From assembly GCF_964355755.1 (NCBI RefSeq), contig NC_092675.1:10535812-10599811 (forward strand): DNA of 64,000 nucleotides, read 5' to 3'. This DNA comes from Antedon mediterranea (lineage: Eukaryota > Animalia > Echinodermata). The translations under genes and the position numbers were made by a program. This document shows positions 1 through 11,181 of this stretch, piece by piece. The stretch's first letter is position 1, and every line of letters begins with the position of its first letter. The notes under the pieces are model-generated. The model had not been told where the DNA came from. It worked only from the letters and a program-made list of their open reading frames with translations, and ran no database searches.

Positions 1-569
1 GACGTATAATAAACATCATACAAAATAATAATATAACTAACGAATCCGTATAATATAATAATGTTGTATGTTATAAAGTAAAGTAAATGCGTTTAATATA
101 ATACAATTATATTATAATATAATGTATTTTATTAATAATATAATATTAAATGTTCATAATATAATGCTAAAACCAAATAATATAATACAAAAAGTCAATA
201 ATTTGTTACATTTTTCACATAATATATTAGAAATAGATATAATATAATGCTAAAACCAAGTAATATAATGCAAAACGTATAATTCATTACAATACAATAT
301 ATAATATAATAAAAAAATGATATAATAATATAATATTTTGAATACTTCAGACAGCTGAGGCTTGCCATATGGTATAATAATTGTTGTGCTATATTATTAC
401 ACTGTTGTAATACTATTTATATTCATTTATAATTGGAAACTTTGTATAGTGATTGCATATGCATCATTTAAGTGTAGGCCTAAAGCTTGAAATGATATAA
501 CTGAATTTTGTTTATGTTATGATTTTTTAAACAATGCGAATTTTTTTTTTTTTTTTTTTTTTTTTTTTC

Positions 570-3500
570 AGAGGAATGTTGCAGCGCCCATGTGGCGGCT
601 CTATATTGCTCTGTGCATAACAACTTCGTATCTGTTTGCAGATGGTTTTTTTCATCAAATAAGTTTTACTGGATGCTGGAATAGCAAATATTCACAAATT
701 TCTTATGTGGAAATAATCGTATCTTGGAGTAAATCGCAGTTGTTTTTCTTGTTGTTTCCTGAAGTTCAGCTAGGCCCTGCTTGTGCCTTTATTGTTTTAA
801 TTCAAACTCATCACTGCCCAAGAACAATGGTCTACTAGCATCAGTGGGAAGCTAGCCCTGTACTTTCAATCTGACTGTGCATATTGTTATGTAAATGACC
901 TTGTACACCTCATGCTTGAAGATCTGCTGTTGTCATGCTAATTAGCTATAGCTCTGAGTTTCTTCATGGTTTACAGGGCTGTGTAACCAACAACAATAAC
1001 AGTTGTGAACTTCTTGAAGAATCTTGCTTAATTATACAATCTTTTAAGTTGAACTCCAGTAGCTGTAGTATCCACCTATTACCAAGGAGGCCAAAAAGAA
1101 AAACCAGGCGTGGTACAAGAGCTGGGCGTGACAAACACACTAAAAACAATCTATCATTTCTGGACTTATCATCAAACTCTCTCTTATCTAAAAACAATAT
1201 TAAATTTTGCAGTATTAATACAAGATCCGTTCGGAACAAAACAACAGAATTTGTGGATTTCGTTATCGAACATAATCTGGATGTTGTTGCCCTTTCGGAA
1301 ACGTGGCTTAAACCAGAAGACACATCAGTTATAGGAAATATTACACCCAACGGATACTCTCTCAAACATGCTCCCCGTGCTGGTACTAAAAGAGGTGGTA
1401 GAGTTGCACTTCTTTACAAGGAAAGCATAGCGGTTAAATGTTATGACACGGGATTATTACCAAAATCATTTGAACTGCTAAATGTGGAAATAGTCAGCAA
1501 TGCATCCTCAGTTTTCCTCGTAGCAGTATATCGTCCTCAAAGCAAATCAACGGGTTGCAGTCTAAATGTTTTCACTGAAGAATTCTCAACTGTGGTTGAT
1601 CACTATGTATTGAAGCCGGCTCCCATACTATTCGTTGGAGACTTTAACATCCATGTGGATATGCCAAATGATGCAGATGCAATTCATTTTCGGAATCTAC
1701 TTGTAGCAAGCAGTCTTCAACAGCATGTGTCTACACCTACACACCGACATGGTCATACATTAGACTTGCTGATCACTCGTTCATCTGATCCTCCTGTTTT
1801 CTCAAACCTTAATGTCATTGATGGTATATCAGATCACTATGCAATCACATGTAATCTCCTTATCAAGAAGCCACCCGTAATCACTAAATCCATCGAAACT
1901 CGTCATTGGAATGCTATAAATTTTGAGACATTATGTAAAGATATCACACAGTCTGATCTCGGAACTTCGCTCTCAAATCTTGATTTATCAAGTAAAGTAC
2001 GACTATATGTCACCACTTTGAGTGAACTTCTTGACAAACACGCACCACCGAAAAAGAGAACAGTAAAGGTCCGACCAAACACTAGTTGGTATAACAGTGA
2101 CATCTATGCTGAGAAAAGAACAAAGCGTAAGCTTGAAAAGAAATGGAGAATCTCTCATCTGGAAATAGATCGTCAAGCTTACATTGCACAGAAGAGGAAT
2201 GTAAATTCCATGGTAAGAAAGGCAAAGGCCAACTACTACATTGGCTTGTGTGAAGAACATGCAGCAGATCAGAAAGGACTTTTTAAAATTGTTAACCAAT
2301 TCCTTCATCATCGCCAGGTATCACCTCTCCCAGATAGTCTTTCTGACTTAGATCTTGCGAACAGGTTCTGTCAGTTTTTCACAGACAAGATCAAGATCAT
2401 CAGAGACGACTTCAAGATTGATGACATGTCATTTAATGAGCCTGTGACAGCTGTTCATCAGCATCTCACAACATTTACACCAGCATCTCAAGATGAGATC
2501 CGCAACATTCTGATGAAATCACCAACAAAATCATGCAGGTTAGATCCAGTTCCTACTTCTATACTGAAGAAGTGTATAGACGCAGTCGTTCCAATAATAA
2601 CGGAAATCATTAACCATTCTCTTAATACCGGCATAGTGCCAGATGAACTGAAAATTGCTCACGTTCGTCCTTTAATAAAAAAGCAAAACTTGGATCATAA
2701 CACGCTGAAAAATTACCGCCCGGTGTCGAATCTTTCTTTTCTTGGAAAGACTCTGGAGCGTGTAGTGACATCACGCATTACTCCATATCTTCAAAAGCAT
2801 AATTTAAATGAGAATTACCAGTCGGCATATCGTGCATGTCATAGCACGGAGAGTTCCCTTTTAAAGGTACAGAATGATTTGTTACAAGGAATGAATGATG
2901 GGAAAATAACGCTATTGGTGTTGTTGGATTTGTCAGCAGCGTTTGATACAGTTGATCACCAAAGACTGATAACCCGTCTGAGAAATCGCATTGGCATAAA
3001 TGGTGTTGCTCTTAACTGGTTCCAGTCATATCTTACAGGAAGACGTCAGCTAGTCTGTATCAATGATGCATTCTCAGATGAAGCTTGCCTGGAATATGGT
3101 GTACCACAGGGGTCAGTAATTGGGCCTGGCCAGTTTTCCATTTATACGCTTCCCCTTGGTGACATTATTCGCAAACACAGTCTACATTTCCATTTCTATG
3201 CAGATGATACACAGATTTATGTGTCAGTAAATCCAGTGCAAAGGGATGTTGCTGCAGCAATCAGTAAGATGGAAGCCTGTATAGGAGATGTTCGCAATTG
3301 AATGACAACAAATTACCTAAAGTTGAATGATGGAAAGACAGAGTTTATTATCGTCGGGTCTAAATGTAACATCTCCAAAATCAACATCACACATATCAGA
3401 ATCGGAAACTCTAACATCGCTCCCTCATCGGTGGTCCGGAATCTGGGAATCATGCTGGATAGTAATCTCACTATGGAAGCACAAATAACAACTGTATCCA

Positions 3501-4076
3501 AAGCAGCATGCATATCGATTAGGAACCTTGGTCGTATTCGCGGTAATCTTAACAAGAAAACAGCTGAATTGATTGTACACTCATTTGTCACTTCTAAAAT
3601 TGACATTGGTAATGCCTTGTTGTTTGGCATACCAAAATTTCAAATACAACGTTTGCAGCGCTTGCAAAATATGGCAGCTAGAATTGTAACTTATACAAAA
3701 TCAAACGCTCACATAACTCCTGTCCTGATGGATTTGCATTGGTTGCCTGTTCAACAACGTATTAAGTACAAACTTGCGTTGTTTGTATTCAAGATCCTAA
3801 ATGACAGTGCTCCTGCTTATTTATCTGACCTTGTGGATCGTTACGAATCATCCCGCAGAGGCCTACGATCATTGTCACAAAACCTTCTTCAAGAGCGTAG
3901 AGCGAAAAATCAGCAACAGTTAAATGCTCAACTAGTCTAAACAGTTTCAAGACCAACCTAAAGACGTCGCTATTCGCTGATGTTCTCGCACGTTGTTAAT
4001 GCACAAAGCGCCATGAGCGCCACATGGGTGGAGGATACCGGCGCTATATAAGTTTTCATTTATTATTTATTATTAT
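570..4076 (+). mobile_element. Near full-length L2/CR1-group non-LTR retrotransposon (single EN-RT ORF)
   Basis: APE endonuclease and RT ORF; L2-type 3' end with stem AGCGCC(4007-4012)/GGCGCT(4040-4045) followed by a (TTA/TTTA)n tail to ~4076; preceded by a T28 tract (541-568). Confidence 0.9.
935..3999 (+). pseudogene. L2-type ORF2 (AP endonuclease + reverse transcriptase), disrupted
   Basis: Motifs SETWL, VGDFN, HTLDL, ISDH, NYRPVSNL, LDLSAAFDTVDH, GVPQGSVIGP, FYADDTQ, LHWLPV; in-frame TGA at 3299-3301 where W is expected (N*MTTNYLKLN); deletion/frameshift near 3905 before SFKTNLKTSLF. Confidence 0.9.
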
Positions 4077-4348
4077 CCTTAAATATAGTTGTCCCCATAT
4101 AATTGTTGTTAAAATGTTTTATTGAATAATTCATAAAAGTTATTCACTTTAACTAAAATTTGATTTTCAAATTGTGTAGTTAGAAAATGTTGTTTATTTT
4201 CTACAGCAAGTAACTTATTAAAGTTGAAAAGTAGCCAGCTATTCAAAGTATTCATGTATTTTGAGGACAATACATCTTAATTTCATTTGTTAAACACTGT
4301 ATTATTTTGTTTAAAACTAATTTGATTCAATTTGTTTTAGGTTTGGAA

Positions 4349-4448
4349 AAGGCCATATACAATATGGCTGCAGTCTAGTCGCGTGCTCAAGTTAGTGTTT
4401 ACCGACCGACATAGTGAGCTGTAGAGTCGCGTTGCACGCGACTAAAAA
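4349..4448 (-). mobile_element. Short HINE/DINE-like (non-autonomous Helentron-type) element, family A
   Basis: Reverse complement of the 52116-52223 element: AGTCGCG..CGCGACT terminal palindrome, (GTCG)n core, GCACGCGACT sub-terminal repeat, GGCC-TT end. Confidence 0.65.
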
Positions 4449-4985
4449 TGTTGCCACACTTTTCAAGACGACTGTTTATTGATTAATCGGAACAATGCAA
4501 TTATGATGTATTGCCATTTCATGCAGACTTCTGCAGCACAAGACACTTGTGACGTGTTTTGTATAATGTGTGTGTTATTCAGCCAATATTTATTAGTTAT
4601 TCAATCAAGTTAGTTGAGAAACGTGTTACAAACTGATTAGTATATTACATTTTGGATACTAAACATTGGTACCTGAGGATGTATTTGATGGTTGCTTGGA
4701 TTTTTCCTGAACATTTGATAAAACCCGATTGAATATGATTTTATGTTTTTATAGAAATTAAAGATTAGAAAGAATAGTATTTATAAAATGTTTCTATTGA
4801 TGGATTCTGCGACGTAACACGTAATACTCTACCACCAATTTGTTTTACCGTTGATTCAAATTAGATACTAATTCAACTTCAGTATTTCCATTGAAAATAC
4901 ATCAAATTTCATCTTTATATATTTTGGAATGTTTGTTATGTAAGTTGTTATTCAACTAAACCATTGCTACGTTAATTTAATGGTA

Positions 4986-6288
4986 TCTATATATAAATTT
5001 ACGTAAGGGCAAAATTCGGTAAATCGCGCCTTACTTCTAGAATTTTTACTCGATGGTATATAAAGTTGGTTCGCACTTTCGGTACTGATTTTAACCACCT
5101 GATGTAACCCTGTTTACTAATTAAATTAAGTTAGATAATTAGTTATTGACGATTAAAACGAATTTAGGTTCAACGATTTGCCCCAAATAGGGGTGTTTTC
5201 CGATCGTGGTATACACTGTCTAATGGATGTCCATCTTGAAAAATACCCGCCACAAAAATGCGAAGAGGCTTCGCATTTTCCTATCTCCTCCTACGATAAT
5301 TGTTTTTAATAGCTGAAAACCGGTTGAACAGTTCGAGTACAGCATCATAATGTTGAAGACAGGCCGATTTTCTTTAAAAAATACTATTTTGATACATTTA
5401 ATATACGTTTTTACAAATGCATTGATTTGTGATGAATGGAACATTCCAAATTATTTGGTTTAACCATAGAGGTATAGATTTAGATTTATGGGCCCCCTTG
5501 GAGAATAAACATAAATAGTATTGCAATGCTGTACAATACTGTTAAGGTATTAACAACTTTTGATGGCAATTTGAATCGCAAATTTCTTACTGTGAGTGTT
5601 GGTACTGTTAGATGTATAGTAATATAAAAATATATACAAATAAACTTTATTACTGTGAGTGTGGGTAGGCCCTACTGTTAGATTATAAACATATAATATA
5701 CAAATAAATAAACGTTATTACTGACAGTTGCTTCTCAACGTTTGTATTAATTAATAATTTAAAAATATATAAACGTCGTAGTGGTGTATCGTTACATGTA
5801 CTTTACTATTTCAATCGACTATGACAGTGAGAGTTTTAACAAAGTACCGTATTAAATCGTAAATGTTTTACTGTATTTAGTGGTATATTATTTATAGGCC
5901 TATAAAACATTAAAAACAATATTTCGTTACTGAGTGGATAAGAATATATTTTAAAATGTTTCCTCTTTGTACCTATCTTCTTCCCCCATCCCTCAACCCT
6001 TAATGTTACATACAAAACACAAATTGGGTTTGTTTAAATGAGTCCAAATAAAAAAATTTGACTCATTTTGTTTCTCTCTCGGAAGTAATTCCCAGGGTGC
6101 TAATTTTGGTTGACTACATAAATCATTGTGTATATTTATTCGTTTCTGTAAACGACAATATGTATTATAGTCCTGCGGTACGTACATTTGAAATCTCCAT
6201 TTTTTTCTCGCTGGAAATACTGTGTATTCGAGAACCATCTGTGGGCACGACCTAGATGGTACGCGAGCGAAGCGAGCGTGCCATCTAG
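4986..6288 (+). mobile_element. Non-autonomous Helitron, family H1, complete copy
   Basis: 5' TC(TATATATAAATTTACG), 3' hairpin GATGGTACGC-GAGCGAAGCGA-GCGTGCCATC + CTAG, inserted between A4985 and T6289 with no TSD; four further copies in the window. Confidence 0.9.
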
Positions 6289-6294
6289 TGTTGA

Positions 6295-6935
6295 TAATTT
6301 GTTGAATCAACCTTGATCTGTATACGTTGATTAAATGTTGTAAGTTTTACATTGAATTCATGTTACTATTTCTACCTTGAATTTAGTTGATTATTCTACA
6401 ATGGATCAACGTTGATATTTTGGTTGATTTAAACTTTATTTCAACAATTGTTCAACGTTATTTCAACGTTTGCGGATAACATTGAATTAACTATAATATT
6501 TTTTTATTAAATCAACGTCGATAATGCCTATGTTGAATCAACGTTGAAATTTACGTTGATGCAAACTTTCAAATTCAACTAAATTATGAAGTTATTTCAA
6601 CGTTTATAATTCCAATGTTAATAATTTCAACGTTAAATTAACGTTGAAATTTACGTTGATGAAAACTTTCATATTCAACTAAATTATTACGTTGTTTCAA
6701 CGTTAATAATTTCAACATTGAATCAATATTGATAATTTCAACGTTGAATTAACGTTGACATTTTTGTTGATGCAAACTTTCATTTTCAACAATTTTTCGA
6801 CGTGATTTCAACGTTACTTATTTTTACGTTGTTTCAACATTGATAATTTCTATGTTGAATCAACGTTGACATTTTTGTTGATGCAAACTTTCATTTTCAA
6901 CACTTTCCCGACGTAATTTTAACGTTTGCAGATAA
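6295..6935. repeat. Degenerate array of palindromic TTCAACGTTGAA-type motifs (probable interior of a non-autonomous DNA transposon)
   Basis: Many copies of TCAACGTTGA / TTTCAACGTT, with a higher-order unit TTGATGCAAACTTTCA..TCAAC recurring at ~6556, 6656, 6767, 6878. Confidence 0.75.
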
Positions 6936-7129
6936 TCATACAGATATTGACTGCTTAGAGGTTAAATATAAGATTTGACATCCCCGAGGAAATGACGTTA
7001 TGTTCGAGGGAATATATATTTCCCGAAGCGCTTGCTGAGGGAAATATGTATTATTAAATTTAAAACCAATGTATTGGCTTAATCACTTTACACCTAAGTA
7101 ACGTGTTCTTCGTTTTCTATCACATTCTT

Positions 7130-8452
7130 ACATAGTTCTGTAATATTTTCGGGTGACTTCAACTGTCATATGAACAGCAGCAATGACCCGGATAAAATAA
7201 AATTCGACGATGTGTTTAAATCTTGATCAACACGTGTCTTGCCCCACACATCGATCGGGAAATACTCTTTATTTGCTAATAACGAGGGGTAATGACACTC
7301 TTTGTGTAACCAAGCCCGCTTCAAATTTTTACATCAGTGACCATTGTTTTGTAGAGACTATTTTATCGAGACCAAAACCGAAATGTACCCGTCCAAAGAA
7401 AAACTTTAGAAAGATAAATAAAATAGATCACAGGAACTTAGATGAAGCTTTGTCTCAAGTAGTTATATCATCAACGAATATCGACGATTTGGCAATTCAC
7501 TACAACACTCGACTACTTGCTGTTCTGGATAAGCATGCTCCTATTCTTGAGAAAACTACCACTGTCAGAGGATCGTTACCTTGGTTTGATGACGAGGCTA
7601 ATGTGTTGAAGAAGTAAGTTCGTTGTGTTGAGAAGACCCTACGGAAGGCTGCCACCGACGAAAATAGGTCAGCTTACAATGATCTACGCAATTCATACAA
7701 ACGTTATCTTTGTTTAGCCAAGTACGAATTCATTAATGGTGCTATCAAGGAATCTGGCAACAACTCAAAAAAGCTTTACAAGATCGTGTTTGAGCTCATT
7801 GGTAGACATAAAAATAACCCACTTCGACCACATGAAACTGATAAACAGTTAGCAGACGACTTCATATCTTTCTTTATGGGCAAAATAGAGAGAGAATTGA
7901 AACCCTTTTTATTAACAAGAACATTTCAGGAAGTTAGCGTGTAGGAAGTTGATCATATGCGCAAAACCAACAACTTGCTCCACTGACCCCCGTCGACACT
8001 GGTGAAACAGCATCTAGATACACTTCTACCACTTATTACAAGGATGATCAACAACTCGTTGTGTAACGGCGTATTTGCTCATAGAAGAAAAATATCAGTT
8101 ATAAAACCGCTTATAAAAAAAGGGTGTTGAATGTATCCTCAAGAATTAAGGCCAGTAGTAAGCAATCTGTCATTCGTATCCAAGCTGGTTGAACGCGCAT
8201 GCTTGAACCAATTCATGGCTTATGTTGAGAACAACACCTTATTACCGGCGTACCAATCTGCCTATCGGAAAGGTTTTAGCACAGAGACGGCTTTGGTTAA
8301 GTTAACCAATGACGTACTCTGGAATATGGAGCTGCAAAGGGTATGCATAGACTTTTCAGCCGCCTTCGACACGACGAAGTAGCCTACTCCTCGACGTTTT
8401 GTAGAACAAATTCGGAGTGGCCAACGCGGCATTGAACTGGTTTGATACTTAC
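7130..8452 (+). pseudogene. Degenerate CR1/L2-type LINE ORF2 (host element, 5' part)
   Basis: SGDFN, PTHRSGNTL, ISDH, DKHAP, PWF, RPVVSNLSFVSKLVE, YQSAYRKGFSTETAL, DFSAAFD, ALNWFDTY; many stops and frameshifts. Confidence 0.85.
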
Positions 8453-8942
8453 ACAGGATGAGATAAAGGTTTTAAACACGGAGGTAGAAACGCTCAAATT
8501 TGAGATTGCTAAACTGCACGATGGAGTGAATAAATCGGAGCGCTTCTCAAGAAGGAATAATGTACGTATTGTTGGAATCAAACAAACCCCGAAAGAAAAT
8601 TGTGTTGAAAAAACTGAAGCTTTTCTGTCGCAATATTTTGATTTCCAAACACCACCTAAAATCGAGCGTGCACATCGAGATGGCAAAGGATTTAACGTTA
8701 AGCCACCACATATCTTGGTTAAATTGTTATCGTATACCGATAAGATCACTGTTATGCGACAACGCTCTGATGCATTGAAGGATGTATCAACATACATTAT
8801 TGATGATCTTACCTCTGCAGATTTACTTGAGAAACGAAAGTGGAAAATCGAAGTAAAATTTCTCTATGAAAAAGGTACGAAATTACGTTTCTCGGCGGGA
8901 AAATGGCGCTCAGCAACTGGAGTTGTCTTTACATTCAAGTAA
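8453..8942 (+). pseudogene. LINE ORF1p C-terminal part (L1-type coiled-coil/RRM/CTD)
   Basis: RRNNVRIVGIK, IERAHR, PPHILVKL and YIIDDLT motifs typical of L1-like ORF1p. Confidence 0.8.
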
Positions 8943-9019
8943 CTGGTCCCAAGCATGAAAGATATACTTTAACACTTAACTTTACGTTTGATTATTATTC
9001 TTAACTTAATTACTTTATG

Positions 9020-11048
9020 GAACTTAAAAAGTTAACTGGAATAATGTTAAAAGGGAGGATATAAACAATTTTAATGAGATAACTGAATCCTTACTTAGTA
9101 ACCTTACTCTCAATTGCGATGGTTTACTTTGTAATGATTCCTCATGTAAAGATGAATGCCATTGCAATGATATTAGTGATTTATATGACAATATTATTGA
9201 GTGTCTGAAAGTCAGTTCTGAGTGGTGTTTTAAGTCGACTAAAAATCAAAAAGTCAATGTTGTCCCTGGGTGGAATAACCGAGTAGCTGGATTTCATAAA
9301 CATGCCCGGGAAGCATTTTTGAAGTGGCGTGGGTTGGGTAAACCCAGATATGGCCACATCTATGAACACATGAAAATCACTAGATCTAATTTCAAAAATG
9401 CCCTCAGAAAGTGTAAATCCAACGAAGAAATGCTAAGGGTGGACTCGATGGCCAAGTCTTTTGACGATAAGGACTATAATAGTTTCTGGGGTAAGGTTAA
9501 GAAATCCAGTTACGCTAATTCCCAGTCTAACATTATTGGTAGTGCTAAGGGGGAAAATGATATTTGTGACCTATGGCGTCAACATTTCTCCGATTTATTT
9601 AATAGTATTGACTCATCTGAGCATAAGACTTTTGTTAATGAAACTCTTGAAAACTGTACAGACGGTGAAATTGATGTTTCACCCCATAATATTAAGCTTT
9701 TAATTGAAAAATTGCCCAATGCTAAAGCAGCGGGATATGATGGTCTATGCAATGAGCATTTCAAATTCGCTTCTGAGCGACTTAGTATTATTTTAAGTGT
9801 ATGTTTTAAGGCTATGTTTGTTCACGGGTTTATTCCAAGTAATCTCACAAAAGTCACGCTTGTGCCGGTAATTAAATCTAAATCAGGGAATATCACTGAT
9901 AAAGGGAATTATCGGCCAATAGCTTTGGCATGTGTAGCTTCTAAACTTCTAGAGTCTGTAATGATACAACATTGTGGTAATTCACTGGACTCCCATGACA
10001 ACCAGTTTGCCTTCAAATCTGGTCACTCAACCGAATTGTGTATATTTGCTCTTAAACAGATTATCGAGCATTACAACAATCATGGTAGCCCTGTTTATTG
10101 CTGTTTCTTGGACGCTAGCAAAGCCTTTGATAAAGTGAACCACTGGACACTTTTCAAGACCCTAATTGACAGGGGTACCCCTTCACCTGTAGTTAAGATA
10201 CTGAGGTCATTGTATAGGAATCAGGAATTTGTTGTCAGGTGGGGAAGTTCCGTTTCCGATTCTTTCACTGTTCGTAATGGGGTTCGCCAGGGAGGCGTTA
10301 TGTCCCTTCTTCTTTACAATGTGTACACTGATCCGTTAACTGTTGAACTGACTAAGTCAAAAGAAGGTTGTGAAATTAACAGTCTTAAACTGAATTGCCT
10401 AAGCTTTGCCGATGACTTGGTCCTTTTGGCTCCGTCAGTGACTGGCTTACAAAGCCTAATTGGACTCTGTGAAGGTTTTTCTAGTGACCATGATATTACT
10501 TTTAATGAAACCAAATCCAAATGCTTGCTATTTTGCCCGAAAGTCCGCAACCTCTTGAGGTGTTCCACATATTACCTTAAACGGGGCACCTCTAATCGTT
10601 GATAATTCAATAACCTATCTTGGTCATGTGATCAGTAATAACCTGAGTGATGAAAGTGACATCAAACGTCAATATCGATCTATTTGCATTAGGGCCAACT
10701 CTCTAAATAGAAAGTTTGGAAAATGTTCTACTAAGACTAAATGTTATCTACTGTGTCAGCATGTACTGTTCAACCTTATGGTGTAGATATAATAAGAGCA
10801 CTCTGAGATCACTGAAAGTATGTTATAACAATGCCTTACGTTTGCTGCTGAAGCAGCCTAGACATTGTAGTGCAAGCATGATGTTTGTCTTAAATGACGT
10901 CCCATCCTTTGATGAGTTCATTAGAAAATCTGGTTTTAGTTTTAAAAATCGTGTGAACGCAAGTAGTAATTCCTTGATCATGGCCATTAATCGCCACGTT
11001 CTTAATGTGTCAAGAATGCACATACAATGGAATGCTTTGTTGCATTGA
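9020..11048 (+). pseudogene. LINE ORF2 reverse transcriptase region, frameshifted; endonuclease domain deleted
   Basis: VVPGWN, GKPRYG, NYRPIAL, FLDASKAFDKVNH, NGVRQGGVMS, FADDLVLLAPS, YNNALRLLL. Confidence 0.85.
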
Positions 11049-11181
11049 CTTTATATATTTACATATCTTTGTTTTTGTTCTATGAGCTGTTAGATTAAGA
11101 TTTTTTTTTCTCTCTTTTGCTATGGATAAAATATTATGTCACCATGATATTCCGAAATAAAAAGATAAATGAAATGAAATT

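Larger units (their letters stand above)
8453..11180 (+). mobile_element. 5'-truncated two-ORF LINE (Proto2/RTEX-like) inserted in the CR1/L2 host
   Basis: L1-type ORF1 followed by an RT region; 3' tail AATAAA...(TGAAA)n at ~11156-11180; clade assignment is inference from motifs. Confidence 0.75.

Noticed and set aside
1-340. AT-rich repeated ATAATATAATGCTAAAACCAA region
   Set aside because: Low-complexity sequence truncated by the window edge; nothing assignable.
3299-3301. In-frame TGA between two LINE ORFs as programmed readthrough or selenocysteine
   Set aside because: The position corresponds to a conserved Trp (TGG>TGA) and the copy has another lesion near 3905; a simple nonsense mutation explains it.
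964-3630. Antisense and alternate-frame ORFs overlapping the L2 ORF (also 49462-49773 opposite TGF-beta exon 1)
   Set aside because: Shadow ORFs of real coding frames with no independent motifs.
6295-6935. Possible CRISPR or iteron array
   Set aside because: Degenerate palindromic motifs with irregular spacing and no unique spacers; typical transposon interior.
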